A stretch of DNA of 64,000 nucleotides from a virus (IMGVR_UViG_2872477547_000003:89698-153697), one strand, 5' to 3'; numbered from the stretch's first letter, positions 50,872 to 61,935 are shown. Program-made: numbers and translations. Notes: generated by a model not told the origin, from the sequence alone.

Positions 50872-52206
50872 ATGGCAAAGTACACTAGAGAAGATATCGA
50901 AAAATTAGTAAAAGAAGAAAACGTGAAGTATATCCGCCTTCAATTTACTGACATTCTTGGAACAATCAAGAATGTTGAGATTCCTGTAAGCCAGCTTGGA
51001 AAAGCGCTTGATAATAAAGTCATGTTTGACGGTTCTTCTATTGAGGGATTCGTTCGTATCGAGGAGTCAGACATGTACCTGTATCCAGATCTAAATACAT
51101 TTGTTATCTTCCCATGGACAGCTGAAAAAGGTAAAGTAGCACGTTTCATCTGTGATATTTACAATCCGGATGGCACACCTTTTGAAGGTGACCCGCGAAA
51201 CAACTTAAAACGGATTTTGAAAGAAATGGAAGACCTCGGATTTAGTGATTTCAACCTTGGGCCTGAGCCTGAATTCTTCTTATTCAAATTGGACGAAAAA
51301 GGCGAGCCGACGCTTGAACTAAACGACAAAGGCGGATATTTCGACTTAGCTCCAACGGATTTAGGAGAAAACTGCCGCCGCGATATCGTGCTTGAGCTTG
51401 AAGAGATGGGCTTTGAAATCGAAGCATCTCACCACGAAGTAGCACCTGGTCAGCACGAAATTGACTTTAAATATGCTGGAGCAGTCCGCTCTTGTGATGA
51501 CATCCAAACATTTAAACTAGTTGTCAAAACAATTGCCCGCAAACACGGCCTGCATGCGACATTTATGCCAAAACCATTGTTCGGCGTGAACGGTTCTGGT
51601 ATGCACTGCAATCTATCACTCTTCAAAAATGGTGTTAACGCATTCTTTGATGAAAGCGCAGATCTTCAGTTAAGTGAAACAGCGAAACACTTCATCGCAG
51701 GTATCGTGAAGCACGCAACAAGCTTTACAGCAGTAACAAACCCGACAGTAAACTCTTACAAACGTCTTGTTCCTGGCTATGAAGCACCTTGTTATGTAGC
51801 ATGGAGCGCGCAAAACAGAAGCCCGCTTATCCGTATCCCGGCTTCTCGCGGCATCAGCACACGTGTAGAAGTACGCAGCGTAGACCCAGCTGCTAACCCA
51901 TACCTTGCACTTAGCGTATTGCTTGCTGCAGGATTAGACGGAATCAAAAACAAACTGGAAGCGCCGGCTCCAATCGACCGCAACATCTATGTGATGAGCA
52001 AAGAAGAGCGCATGGAAAACGGAATCGTTGACCTTCCAGCAACACTTGCGGAAGCGCTAGAAGAATTCAAATCAAACGAAGTCATGGTCAAAGCGCTGGG
52101 CGAGCACCTATTCGAACACTTCATCGAAGCAAAAGAAATCGAATGGGATATGTTCCGCACACAAGTTCATCCTTGGGAGCGCGAACAGTATATGTCTCAG
52201 TATTAA
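50872..52206 (+). CDS. glnA: glutamine synthetase type I
   Basis: [22 protein letters not shown] and RLVPGYEAP motifs. Confidence 0.99.
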   Translation: MAKYTREDIEKLVKEENVKYIRLQFTDILGTIKNVEIPVSQLGKALDNKVMFDGSSIEGFVRIEESDMYLYPDLNTFVIFPWTAEKGKVARFICDIYNPDGTPFEGDPRNNLKRILKEMEDLGFSDFNLGPEPEFFLFKLDEKGEPTLELNDKGGYFDLAPTDLGENCRRDIVLELEEMGFEIEASHHEVAPGQHEIDFKYAGAVRSCDDIQTFKLVVKTIARKHGLHATFMPKPLFGVNGSGMHCNLSLFKNGVNAFFDESADLQLSETAKHFIAGIVKHATSFTAVTNPTVNSYKRLVPGYEAPCYVAWSAQNRSPLIRIPASRGISTRVEVRSVDPAANPYLALSVLLAAGLDGIKNKLEAPAPIDRNIYVMSKEERMENGIVDLPATLAEALEEFKSNEVMVKALGEHLFEHFIEAKEIEWDMFRTQVHPWEREQYMSQY

Positions 52207-52212
52207 TCTTTC

Positions 52213-52248
52213 AACCCCTTGGCACTATTGGTGTCAGGGGATTTTTTG
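52213..52248 (+). terminator. glnA terminator
   Basis: CCCCTTGGCAC/GTGTCAGGGG stem followed by a T-tract. Confidence 0.8.
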
Positions 52249-52323
52249 ATTGGTTAACAATTTTGATAACTTAATATAAATCATAGAGCGCCCACAAAAC
52301 ACCCACAAAAAAACAATAAAAAA

Positions 52324-53070
52324 TTACTCCATAATAGTGGAGATATAATTTTCGTACTTATTCATTGAATCCCTATCAATCTTTTTGCTGATATGTGAGT
52401 AAATATCTGACGTAACTTGAATACTTTTATGACCCAGTCGTTCTTCTACATATTTCATTGAAGCACCTGACTCAAGGAACAAAACAGCATGTGTGTCATG
52501 AAGGGCGTGAATAGGGAGTTTCTAGACCAGCTTTATTTAGTATACGGACAAAAGCATTATAATGTGAACCATCTTTGCGAGTGAAGACTAAGTTAAGGTC
52601 ATGGTGATAGATCCCGTTAAGCTGAAGTTTATCTTTGTTTTGTCGTTTTCTAAGTTCGTGAAGTTCATTTACCAACCTTTGATCAATAGTAATAATACGC
52701 CTGGATGTATAAGTCTTAGGGTCGCCAAATAATTCATCTTTTGAAGCTGCTTTAAAATCTAGAGTTTTAGAAATTGAGCTGGTTTTATTTTTTAAATCAA
52801 TATCTGACCACTGTAAAGCAGCAGTCTCGCCTTTGTGCATGCCAGTATTTCCGAGTGTTTTAAAGAAAATATAGTACATATAACCATATTCATATGCTAC
52901 ACGTAAAAAAAGAGGTATGTCATCGCAATTGATAAACTCCATATAGTATTCTCATTTTTTATTTGTTTTAATCTCGATACCATAACAAGGATTTTTTTGA
53001 GCTTTCCTAATATTGCTGCTTTCTCCATTGCATTTCGCATTGTTATGTGGATAATTTTGGTGGTTCATAT
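52324..53070 (-). pseudogene. tyrosine integrase remnant, frameshifted and 5'-truncated
   Basis: TGMHKGE (catalytic Arg lost) and ALQWSDID. HDTHA...ERLGH...DIYSH continues in another frame to a stop at 52324. Confidence 0.85.
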
Positions 53071-53075
53071 AAGAA

Positions 53076-53828
53076 TTGGTTATCGTTGCCGCTCGGCCGT
53101 CTGTCGGGAAAACTGCTTTTTGCTTAAACGTTGCGGCAAATTCTATGGGTAGTTCAGTAAATCAATATAGCGGCGGTGCAGTAGGTATTTTCTCTCTTGA
53201 AATGTCACGTAAGCAGCTCTTAAAAAGAATGGCGTCCATTCTCGGAAATATCAATGCAGATGCAATGAGAACAGGAAATTTGACAGCTAATGATTGGAAC
53301 AAGCTTTCACAAGCAAATGATATTCTCGGTTCCGCTGATCTAAGAATATTTGACCGCCCGGGCGTCACAGTAAATGAGATATGGTCAAAGGCAAGGAAAA
53401 TGAAACGGGAGTATGCGGGCAAGGATATCTTGATCATTATTGATTATTTGCAACTGATTACAGGTTCAGCAAAGCACAGGGGGAACAGAACACAGGAAAT
53501 AGGCGAAATAAGCCGTATGCTCAAGCATATGGCTCGAGAGTTAGACATTTGTGTGATTGCTCTTAGTCAGCTTTCAAGGGGCGTTGAACAGCGGCAGGAT
53601 AAGCGCCCGATGATGTCTGATATTAGGGAATCAGGGCAAATTGAGCAGGACGCGGATGTCATTGGGTTTCTTTATCGGGACGATTATTATGACAAGGAAA
53701 GCGAAAGTAAAAACATAATTGAAATCATTATTGCTAAACAGAGAAACGGTCCTGTTGGTACTGTCTCATTGGCGTTCATTAAAGAATATGGATTGTTCTT
53801 AAATTTGGAGCGCAGGTTTGAAAGTTAG
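53076..53828 (+). pseudogene. C-terminal fragment of a phage DnaB helicase
   Basis: Starts at Walker A AARPSVGKT. Has IDYLQL, LSQLSR and EQDAD, but the N-terminal domain is absent. Confidence 0.85.
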
Positions 53829-54039
53829 AGATTGGTATCGAGAAGCGCTGCGGCATAATTATTATTCTCTCATTCTGCTGATAGAGTTTTTGGTTTATGA
53901 GAAGAAAACCATAAACCTGCAGGATCCGGAACAGGCGCTAAATTTTTATTTACAGGAAAGATTTAAGGATAAAATGAACGCTTATTTGTTGGCATACGAG
54001 CAGCGGGTTAAGGAAGGAAACAAGAGATTTGGGGATTGA
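53818..54039 (+). CDS. hypothetical phage protein
   Basis: 73 aa, overlapping the dnaB stop. Confidence 0.6.
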   Translation: MKVRDWYREALRHNYYSLILLIEFLVYEKKTINLQDPEQALNFYLQERFKDKMNAYLLAYEQRVKEGNKRFGD

Positions 54040-54118
54040 ATATTGAAATCTAATTTGGTTGGGAATTATTGAAACTATCTTCCATTCAGATCGTAAGATT
54101 AGTTGGAGGAGGGATAAT

Positions 54119-54916
54119 ATGAATATAGATAAAGAAATATTTAAGATGGCACTAGAGATAAAACGTGCTAAGAGTTTCAAAAATGTGTTTTGGATATCAT
54201 CTTTTTTAAAATCTAAAGAAGACCGAAGGAAAAAGAGGCTTTTCTTCTTTCTGGGGGCTGTTGGTATAATAGCTTACTTTCTAATCGGAAGGGAATTTTT
54301 ATTTAAAAATTTATATTATTTATTTGAAGAATTAACTGCTATATTAAATATCTCAAAGTCTAACGCTATTATATTCACTATAAGCCTTTCAATCTTTCCA
54401 ATTATGGCGATAATTGCGATTACTTTAAGGAAATACGCAATGTTGGTTGACCCTGAATGGGAGATTGGTGATTTATATTATTCACTTTCATATAGGGCCA
54501 TAAAAAAACATTTAAACAGAAAAAAATATAATGATAAAGTTATTGAACAACGCATTTTACCTTATATAATTTCGAAAAACTCCAATCTTGAGTTATATTC
54601 AATTGGTTCATTTCTTAAAGTTGTTATACCATCTATTGTAGTAGCTATACCTGTTAGTATTTTTGGGATAGGCTTTACAACAAGTATTAATGATAACACA
54701 GCCAATCTAGGAGATTTTAAGAGCTTTTTATTAGCCCTTGGAGTTATTACAGGTATGTTATGGTTTATTGGAGCAGCATCATTTAAAGCACTACCTTCTT
54801 TAAATATTTTTAGTGAAAAAAAAGCATATAAGGAACTTGAGCTAATTTTACAAGGATATTTATTAGAGAAAGAAGTTAAACTTGATAGTAGAAAGAAGAT
54901 AAAGAGAAAAGTTTAA
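54119..54916 (+). CDS. AT-rich multi-pass membrane protein (moron)
   Basis: GGAGG RBS before ATG at 54119. About four TM helices. Confidence 0.75.
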   Translation: MNIDKEIFKMALEIKRAKSFKNVFWISSFLKSKEDRRKKRLFFFLGAVGIIAYFLIGREFLFKNLYYLFEELTAILNISKSNAIIFTISLSIFPIMAIIAITLRKYAMLVDPEWEIGDLYYSLSYRAIKKHLNRKKYNDKVIEQRILPYIISKNSNLELYSIGSFLKVVIPSIVVAIPVSIFGIGFTTSINDNTANLGDFKSFLLALGVITGMLWFIGAASFKALPSLNIFSEKKAYKELELILQGYLLEKEVKLDSRKKIKRKV

Positions 54917-54921
54917 ATTAT

Positions 54922-54992
54922 GTCCAAGACGGAAAGCCTGCGGACACTGAGCCTACAGCTATAACGCTGTTTGTTTCGGTGTTCTTTTTTTT
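54922..54992 (+). repeat. structured direct repeat, copy 1 (hairpin plus terminator)
   Basis: GTCCAAGACGGAAAGCCTGCGGACACTGA is identical to copy 2 at 55854. Confidence 0.9.
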
Positions 54993-55097
54993 ACTAAAGA
55001 ACTCCCTACTGACAACAGATTGATATGTGGGGTTAGCACGTTGAGGGGGAGATTGTAAATTGATAAAATAGGATGATAAAGAAAAAGAAGGTGTTAA

Positions 55098-55853
55098 TTG
55101 ATGAATTTAGTAGATAGCTTTAAAACGCTTTTGGCCTCCTTTGGAGTGCCTACTATCGTTATTACAAGTATATTCATTGCTGCGAATCTTTTTAAGGTTT
55201 TTCAGCCTATTACTATGTTTTCTTCAGTTGTTTTTGAACAAAAGCTGTTCTCTAAGGAAAAAATGTTCATTGTTAAATTATGCAAGTACATTTTTTATAC
55301 ATTAGCCTGGATGGTTATTTTTGCCTCCTTAGGGGAGACATTAAGAGAAAAACTCAATTGGGATTATAATAGAAACTGGTCTGTTACAGCTGAAGTCATA
55401 ATAGGGATAATAATTATTGTCCTTGTATCTTTAAATGAAATAAGAAACCCTGAGCATAAAATGTATAAGATAAAATCTAATGGTTTTTTTAAAATTTTTA
55501 TGGTTTGTTTATATTTGTTGCTTTTATTCATTTTCTACATTCAGGTATATTTATTGCTCGCTTTTCCTCAATTCAAAGAATTTGATATGTTAACTGCTGC
55601 TATATTGATGTTTTTTATAACTTGTACTGCGATTCCTGTTATAACAGGTATTGTATTTAAGTCGATTAATTTAACATACGAGAAACATGTTTTTATAGAA
55701 GATGAAGATAAAAATGAGTGGTTCATATTACATCCAATAAGTAAGGAAGTCATTTTATTGGGAGATAAATATGACCCTAGATTATGCACAAAAACTATGG
55801 TAGTGAAATTAGAAGACTTATATAAAAAGCCGATAAAAGTCTATAAAAATTAA
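55098..55853 (+). CDS. AT-rich multi-pass membrane protein (moron)
   Basis: About five TM helices. Flanked by the two direct repeats. Confidence 0.75.
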   Translation: MMNLVDSFKTLLASFGVPTIVITSIFIAANLFKVFQPITMFSSVVFEQKLFSKEKMFIVKLCKYIFYTLAWMVIFASLGETLREKLNWDYNRNWSVTAEVIIGIIIIVLVSLNEIRNPEHKMYKIKSNGFFKIFMVCLYLLLLFIFYIQVYLLLAFPQFKEFDMLTAAILMFFITCTAIPVITGIVFKSINLTYEKHVFIEDEDKNEWFILHPISKEVILLGDKYDPRLCTKTMVVKLEDLYKKPIKVYKN

Positions 55854-55925
55854 GTCCAAGACGGAAAGCCTGCGGACACTGAACCTACAGCATTAGCGCT
55901 GTTTGTTCGATGTCCTTTTTATTTT
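55854..55925 (+). repeat. structured direct repeat, copy 2
   Basis: 29-nt identity with copy 1. Conserved ACAGC/GCTGT stem with a different loop, then a T-tract. Confidence 0.9.
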
Positions 55926-55945
55926 GAAGAATCAGGAGGTTAAAT

Positions 55946-56392
55946 ATGAATCAAATGAGATTAAACCTTCCTCAGATTGACGAAGAAGCCACTAAAGCAA
56001 AAGCAGAGAAGCTACTTGATCAATACCGGCTATATCTCTTACAGGTGCCAGATGATTTTTTACCAAAGGTTACACCAACTTATAGCATTGTTCCGCCGAG
56101 CATTACGAATGAATTTCATTCATCGACAGAAGATGCAGCATTAAAACGTCTTGATTGGGAGATTCAGCGTGATAAATTTTTAAAAAGGATTCAAAGGGCT
56201 GTTAACCGGCTTGCTCAAAGAGAACGGCAGATCATTGTCATGCTCTATATGCAGCCGGAAGAAATGTATGATTATGAAGTGTATGGTGAAATGGACCTAA
56301 GCGCGCGCAGCTATTATCGTGTTAAAGCAAAAGCTCTCTACAGACTGGCATTTGCTCTAAGGGAAGAGGTTTACAAAAATGTAAACAGTTAA
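55946..56392 (+). CDS. ArpU-family phage late transcription regulator
   Basis: PKVTPTYS, AVNRL.QRERQII and SYYRVKAKALYRLAFAL. Confidence 0.88.
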   Translation: MNQMRLNLPQIDEEATKAKAEKLLDQYRLYLLQVPDDFLPKVTPTYSIVPPSITNEFHSSTEDAALKRLDWEIQRDKFLKRIQRAVNRLAQRERQIIVMLYMQPEEMYDYEVYGEMDLSARSYYRVKAKALYRLAFALREEVYKNVNS

Positions 56393-56454
56393 AGAATGAT
56401 TTTAAGGCTTATCTATATGGGAGTATGGTAATATATTCTTAAAGGAGGTTGGAT

Positions 56455-57252
56455 ATGTTTTCTGATAAATGGATAAATATATTAAATGAAGTTGAATCTT
56501 TCCATGGGGGGAATAACGCTGTATGGTTTAGAGGTCAAAATAATGAAAAGTATACGTTGAATTCTGGTCTATATCGGTTAAATCTAAATGATCCAGATGA
56601 TTATTTAGAAAAGGAGAGAGGGATTTACAAAAGTTTCATGAGAAGAGCTTATACTCTTACTCAAGCTAGAAGCTGGGAACTTCTTTTTATAATGCAACAT
56701 CATGGGGTAAGGACAAGATTATTAGATTGGACAGAGTCTTTTGCTGTTGCATTATTTTTCGCTGCCTTAAATTGGGAGAAAGATAGTAATTGTGCAGTTT
56801 GGCTGTTAAATCCTATAGGATTAAATTATAGGGTCTTGGGTAGGGAAGGTTATTTTACACCAAATGGCGAATACTTAACTTATATTAATCCTAAAAATGT
56901 AAAACTTAGGGATAAATCTTTAGCACTTTATCCATTTAAGAATAGTCCTAGAATTATAGCTCAACAGGGTATGTTTACTATTCAAGGTGTTGGTAATAGA
57001 CCTCTTGAAGATGAATACGGGGGGGAATTGTTAGATACAGGGATACTTAAGAAAATAGTCATTACTAACGAGTTAAGAAATGATGTTTTTCGTTATTTAA
57101 AACTAAATGGCATAAGTAATTTTTCTATGTTTCCAGATCTCGATGGTTTAGCTTTGGATATTAATAGAAGTTTAGAAAATAGAATTGATAAGCAATTAAT
57201 TCAAAATGAATCTTTAAGTCAAAATATTGGAATAGCAGGGAGTAATACATAA
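56455..57252 (+). CDS. FRG-domain protein
   Basis: WFRGQ, MQHHGVRTRLLDWT, ALFFA, RIIAQQGMFT and MFPDLDG. Confidence 0.9.
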   Translation: MFSDKWINILNEVESFHGGNNAVWFRGQNNEKYTLNSGLYRLNLNDPDDYLEKERGIYKSFMRRAYTLTQARSWELLFIMQHHGVRTRLLDWTESFAVALFFAALNWEKDSNCAVWLLNPIGLNYRVLGREGYFTPNGEYLTYINPKNVKLRDKSLALYPFKNSPRIIAQQGMFTIQGVGNRPLEDEYGGELLDTGILKKIVITNELRNDVFRYLKLNGISNFSMFPDLDGLALDINRSLENRIDKQLIQNESLSQNIGIAGSNT

Positions 57253-57468
57253 TTTTTTGGCACAAACTTGACAGAATAACGGCACACCATTTTGTTTTAA
57301 GTAAGGTATTATGGTAATAGGTAATAAATTAAAAGCACTCTCCCAATAGGGCGGGTGCTTTTTCTGTGAAAAAAGAGCAACCAGTTGGCTGCTCGATAAA
57401 TAATTATTTTTTGCGTGCGTTACGTTAAATTTCAATGGTTTTGTTTAAGTTAACTTAACTTAAGGCAA

Positions 57469-57885
57469 TTAAGACCTTGGATTTTTATAAATTCCAAGAT
57501 GTTCTTTAATTGCATCTTGAAGTAGATGAGAATAATTGATCTTATGCTCCTTTGCAATCTCATCCATCCAACGTGGAATTGTTAATGTTTTCTTAACTGC
57601 TGCGTTTTCCATTTCATGACGGAAAGGCGGCATCCAGGTTTCAATTAGTACGATGCTTTGACTATTTTCTGTTTTGATTTCCTTGGTTGGTGTTGCTGCA
57701 GGAATCTCATCACCATCTTGCTCAAGTCCATATAGGTGTAATGCCATTGCTTCTTTTGCCATGGTAAGAGCTTCTTCGTCTGTATTGCCACATGTTATGC
57801 AACCTGGTAAATCAGGAAATGTAACTGTGATTCCGTCATCGTCATAATCGAAAAGGGCTGGATAAATGTAACGATCTTTTTTCAT
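57469..57885 (-). CDS. hicB: HicB antitoxin
   Basis: YPALF...VTFPDLPGCIT.G...EAL, with C-terminal RHH (VKKTLTIP...INYS.LLQ). Confidence 0.92.
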   Translation of the reverse strand: MKKDRYIYPALFDYDDDGITVTFPDLPGCITCGNTDEEALTMAKEAMALHLYGLEQDGDEIPAATPTKEIKTENSQSIVLIETWMPPFRHEMENAAVKKTLTIPRWMDEIAKEHKINYSHLLQDAIKEHLGIYKNPRS

Positions 57886-57956
57886 TTGATGCAAAACCCC
57901 TTTTTCATTTTATTATATCATTATTTATTTCATTAACTCCTTTGGCAAAGGAAGGC

Positions 57957-58139
57957 TTATTCTAGCCCTGCCTGCTCATGGATTGATTTTACTGTTCTTT
58001 TTGGTAAGTCTTTCTTTGGATGTGGGATAGTCACAAGTCCTTTTTTATGAGGATGTCTAAACAGATGATGACTGCCTTTTACTCGGACTTCGTACCATCC
58101 ATCATTTTTAATCAGTTTGATTATTTCTCTGGAACTCAT
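57957..58139 (-). CDS. hicA: HicA toxin
   Basis: GWYEVRVKGSHHLFRHP...VTIPHPKKDL. Confidence 0.92.
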   Translation of the reverse strand: MSSREIIKLIKNDGWYEVRVKGSHHLFRHPHKKGLVTIPHPKKDLPKRTVKSIHEQAGLE

Positions 58140-58170
58140 TAGATGTTTACCATCTCCTTTCTATACCCTT

Positions 58171-58199
58171 ATTATAACACGTATAAAAATACGTGTAAA
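58171..58199 (-). promoter_or_regulatory. hicAB promoter with palindromic operator
   Basis: Minus-strand TTTACA-17 nt-TATAAT. ACACGTAT-AAAA-ATACGTGT overlaps the spacer and -35. Confidence 0.75.
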
Positions 58200-58302
58200 T
58201 TTTCATTTTGGGAACTTTTTTCGACAGATTATGTAAATAGGAAAAATCATCTGGAAAATACGAGTTAAATTGGTATATTTTAATTAAAATTATATAAAGG
58301 AG

Positions 58303-58677
58303 ATGGGAAAAGTGCTTAAGAAATTAGCCGTGTTTGGACTGTTAATTAGTATGTTGGTTGTAGGATCGGGAGGTGCTTTAGCAGCAGGAAAAGAATCCAA
58401 AAGTGTAAATGCGCCTGGAGAAGCTACCATTAATGGTATTGGTCAGTATGTCAGGTGGACTATTCAAACGGGAGTAAATGGTGGGTACGTACAGGGGTTT
58501 TTATATGAAGACTGTGGAAATGGTTTTAAAACAATAGATGAAATGAGTACTGGTTTAGGCTATATCTTTGATGAACTTACAAATAATGTTTATATGTCAT
58601 ATGGTTGTAAGTACACTATTGATGTTAGACAACACGCAGGAACAGGTGGCAAAGGCTTTATCAGAAACTGGGACTAA
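58303..58677 (+). CDS. secreted protein
   Basis: Signal peptide ending ALA. Two Cys in the mature part. Confidence 0.7.
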   Translation: MGKVLKKLAVFGLLISMLVVGSGGALAAGKESKSVNAPGEATINGIGQYVRWTIQTGVNGGYVQGFLYEDCGNGFKTIDEMSTGLGYIFDELTNNVYMSYGCKYTIDVRQHAGTGGKGFIRNWD

Positions 58678-58824
58678 AGATATTAATAAACAAAGAGCAT
58701 CCTTTAAGGATGCTCTTTTGTCTTACGACTGCCACTATTTATAAGGGTGCTTTTGTTCGACAAATTCTGCAAATAGTTCCTTTAATTACTGCTTTCACCG
58801 ATAATAAGGGGGAGGTGAAACAGT

Positions 58825-59529
58825 GTGGACGAACTTATAAAAACTTTCGGTGTACTACCCACCGCATTAACAGCTGCAGCAGCTATTATAGTACCATTTA
58901 TTACTTTTATTTTAGGTAGAATCAATGAAGATCATAAAGTTAAGTTTGAATACAGAACTTTTATGGTGATGGATGAGATAACAGGAAATTACCATCTTAA
59001 AAATGCTCCTTTTGTAAAGAAGGGGTCCAAGTTATTATTGCCAAAGAGCTACGAGAGTTTAGAGAAATTTATAATAGGAAAAAGACTAGATCAAGATGAG
59101 AATTTCACTGATGTATCTAGATTTAACTATTTACAGGTAAGGACTGTTGGGAAAAGTATTATTACAGGTGGATACATTAAAATAAAATTAGGTAACGATG
59201 ATGAGAGTATAATAGAAACATCTTTGCCATTTATGCTTCCCGATGATGAGGTTTATATCCCACTGGATATAACTCATGAGAATGTTACTAATCGCAAATA
59301 TGGAATTAAAAGAATAGATGTTTGGTATCAATTGCAAACAGGACAACGGATGAAATATAAAAGTGTAAGATCATTTAAAGAGGAAGAAAACGAGACAATC
59401 ATTAAAGATAGTCATAGTGTAAAAAAATTTCATTTATATTACTGGAAGATTCAAAATTTAAGAGGAAAGAACATGGGATGGTATTATCTGAATTTAAATA
59501 AAAGCGAACAAAAGAACCCTTCTAACTGA
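58825..59529 (+). CDS. N-terminally anchored hypothetical protein
   Basis: GGAGGTG RBS and a single TM helix. Terminator AACCCTTC/GAAGGGTT follows. Confidence 0.7.
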   Translation: MDELIKTFGVLPTALTAAAAIIVPFITFILGRINEDHKVKFEYRTFMVMDEITGNYHLKNAPFVKKGSKLLLPKSYESLEKFIIGKRLDQDENFTDVSRFNYLQVRTVGKSIITGGYIKIKLGNDDESIIETSLPFMLPDDEVYIPLDITHENVTNRKYGIKRIDVWYQLQTGQRMKYKSVRSFKEEENETIIKDSHSVKKFHLYYWKIQNLRGKNMGWYYLNLNKSEQKNPSN

Positions 59530-59711
59530 AGGGTTTTTATATTCTCTGTAAACTCTGCGTCCAGTAAATCTTGGGTAAAACAATTGGCGGCTGACACTCT
59601 CTAAGCGTAGAATAACCAGATGTAAAAAAGATATTATGGTTATATTTGTAAATTGACTATGCACCTGTCTAGATTCTTGTCATAAAATAAAACGAATTAA
59701 TTAATTGAGGA

Positions 59712-60143
59712 GTGACAATGATGCATTTAAATCAAAATTATAGTTCAGGAGCAAATTATGTTCCTAATTATGGGTACCCGGTTTATCAACCACTCATACA
59801 GCATCAGGAGAACCGAGGACAAAGGCAAGTTGTAGATGGAGGAACATTATATACATCTGATCACACACGTCATGAAGATCTTGGAGATGGTTTTGACCTT
59901 TGGCTGTGGCGAGATAGAACGCAAGTTCCTGGAAATACGTATCTTGCAATACGTTTAGATGGGTCAGGTAGCAGAGCTATAAGCGCAGGGTGGTCTATTT
60001 CAGACTATTTGCCTGCTTATGCAATGGAAAGTTTCAATGATATTATACACAACCGCAGTGATCAATGGATAATCACTATTCACAACCCTACACCTAATCC
60101 TAGATTACTATCCTTTTATTTAATAACTAAGAGAAAAAGATAA
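59712..60143 (+). CDS. hypothetical protein with Y/P/Q-rich N-terminus
   Basis: 143 aa with GAGGAG RBS. Confidence 0.65.
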   Translation: MTMMHLNQNYSSGANYVPNYGYPVYQPLIQHQENRGQRQVVDGGTLYTSDHTRHEDLGDGFDLWLWRDRTQVPGNTYLAIRLDGSGSRAISAGWSISDYLPAYAMESFNDIIHNRSDQWIITIHNPTPNPRLLSFYLITKRKR

Positions 60144-60609
60144 ACATGAATAGATATTAAAACATTGTGCATGTAACTATATGTATGTTGATATTAAATA
60201 ACATTGTAATAAAGGTGAAATTATTTACTATATAAATTAGTAGACGCTTCCAAATGAAGGAAGTGTTTTTTGTTGAGGAGAAATTGTCGTGAAACTGCTG
60301 TTGATAAGGGCAAAAGGGCACGTGGGTAAAGAGGTTAAGAGAGAGCCATAGAGAATGATGTGCGTCAGGCGATTAACCAAGGATTCTCTGTGTATGAGGA
60401 AGATCTTGACCTGTCTTTGCTAATGTGGATGTATCAGAGATAACACGAGGGGAAGAAACTCTTTGGGTAGATGGAAGAAGAATGGAGGCATCTGATTTCA
60501 ATGGAGATATTGATGAGAAAGATTTGGGAAAAGATTACGACAATCATTGATGATTTTATTGGAGAAACTTACATCAATTCAACAAAAGAAGAAATAGAGG
60601 ATAAGGTTT

Positions 60610-60975
60610 ATGCCCCTTAAGCCCCTGAGAGTATGCGCTGCCCCTGGGTGCCCCAGCCTCACCCGTGGTCGGTACTGTGATACACACCAGACACAGCAAC
60701 AAGAAGAAACGAAACATTACAACAAATATTCAAGAAATAAAACAATAACAAGTTTTTATAAATCAATAGATTGGAAACGAACAAGACAACTTGCATTGAT
60801 ACGAGACAATTATCTTTGTCGGCATTGTTTGAAAGATCATTGCTTCACTCCGGCTGACATGGTGCATCACATAGTGGAAGTAAAAGAAGATTGGGCGAAA
60901 AGATTAGATTTGGACAACCTTGTCAGCCTGTGTAATGCCTGTCACAACAAGGTTCATGGCAGCAAGGGCAAGTGA
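60610..60975 (+). CDS. terminase-associated HNH endonuclease
   Basis: CAAPGC, FYKS..WKR.R, CRHC, HHI and LCNACHNKVH. Confidence 0.9.
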   Translation: MPLKPLRVCAAPGCPSLTRGRYCDTHQTQQQEETKHYNKYSRNKTITSFYKSIDWKRTRQLALIRDNYLCRHCLKDHCFTPADMVHHIVEVKEDWAKRLDLDNLVSLCNACHNKVHGSKGK

Positions 60976-60979
60976 CACT

Positions 60980-61070
60980 CCCCCCCTATCCAAATCTCTG
61001 GAAAGGAAACGTTTGGAGAACGGCGCCCTCTCTTCTGCAAACAAACACCGCTTTTCAAAGTTCCGGAAAA
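60980..61070. other. probable cos/packaging region
   Basis: Non-coding gap between HNH and terS, with a poly-C tract and GC-rich CGGCGCCCTC. Inferred from position. Confidence 0.4.
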
Positions 61071-61203
61071 ACAAATTACCCTCCCGGCGAAATTGCCGAG
61101 AGGGCTTGGTACGACTGGTTTTGTTATTACTTCCATCGTATCACGATTGGTGAAAAAAACAAGCAAAAAATGCAATTTTTTTGATGTGAAATGAGGTGAG
61201 AAC

Positions 61204-61719
61204 ATGCCGAGGCCTGCAAAATCCGCGACGCTTCAATTGATACAGGGCAACCCAAATAAAAAGAATACGGAAGAGCTGGCCGCCCGGGCTGAGCACGAGA
61301 AGAAAATGAAAATGCGATCCGATAATATAAAACCGCCAACGTGGTTGGATAAGGTCGGGAAAAAAGAATTCAAACGGGTTGCTGCTCTATTAACAGAAGT
61401 TGAAATCATCACGGAAGCGGACATCAGCATGTTGGCTGCCTATTGTAATGCCTATTCGCAGTATGTATCAATTTCTAAAATTATCGAAGAAGACGGGATC
61501 ATGGTCCATACGGAAGGAAAAGACGAAGACGGCAAACCAATAAAGCTTGTTGGTGAAGAGCATCCGTTATTAAAGCGGCAAAAGAATTATTTTGATCAAA
61601 TGAAATCAGCAGCGAATGACTTTGGCCTTACACCGTCTGCCCGGGCAAAACTTGCTATCACCCGTACCCAGGAAGAGCGGGAAAAGACGGCTGCGGAGAA
61701 GGAGTTTAGAAACGTATGA
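61204..61719 (+). CDS. terminase small subunit (P27 family)
   Basis: GNPNK, PPTWL, LAAYC, HPLL and FGLTPSARAKL. Confidence 0.9.
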   Translation: MPRPAKSATLQLIQGNPNKKNTEELAARAEHEKKMKMRSDNIKPPTWLDKVGKKEFKRVAALLTEVEIITEADISMLAAYCNAYSQYVSISKIIEEDGIMVHTEGKDEDGKPIKLVGEEHPLLKRQKNYFDQMKSAANDFGLTPSARAKLAITRTQEEREKTAAEKEFRNV

Positions 61720-61935
61720 AGACAATCAAACAATTTCTCATTGATTACTCGCGCGATGTGATATCGGGTGAGATTGTGGCGTGTGAAAAACACATTTGGG
61801 CCTGCGAGCGTTTTTTAAATGATGTGAGTCGGGAAGGCACAAGGGAGTTTCCTTATGTGTTTGATGATGAAAAAGCCCGCCGGTTTCTTTATTGGATGAC
61901 CCAGTTTAAACACACGAAAGGACCTTTGCTGGGAG
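61716..61935 (+). pseudogene. terminase large subunit N-terminal stub
   Basis: YSRDVISGEIVAC...ACERFL.D...FKHTKGPL, then an abrupt break. Confidence 0.85.

Noticed and set aside
47798-51986. Short antisense and alternate-frame ORFs overlapping hflX, ynbB, glnR and glnA
   Set aside because: Shadow ORFs of conserved housekeeping genes, without RBS or recognisable motifs.
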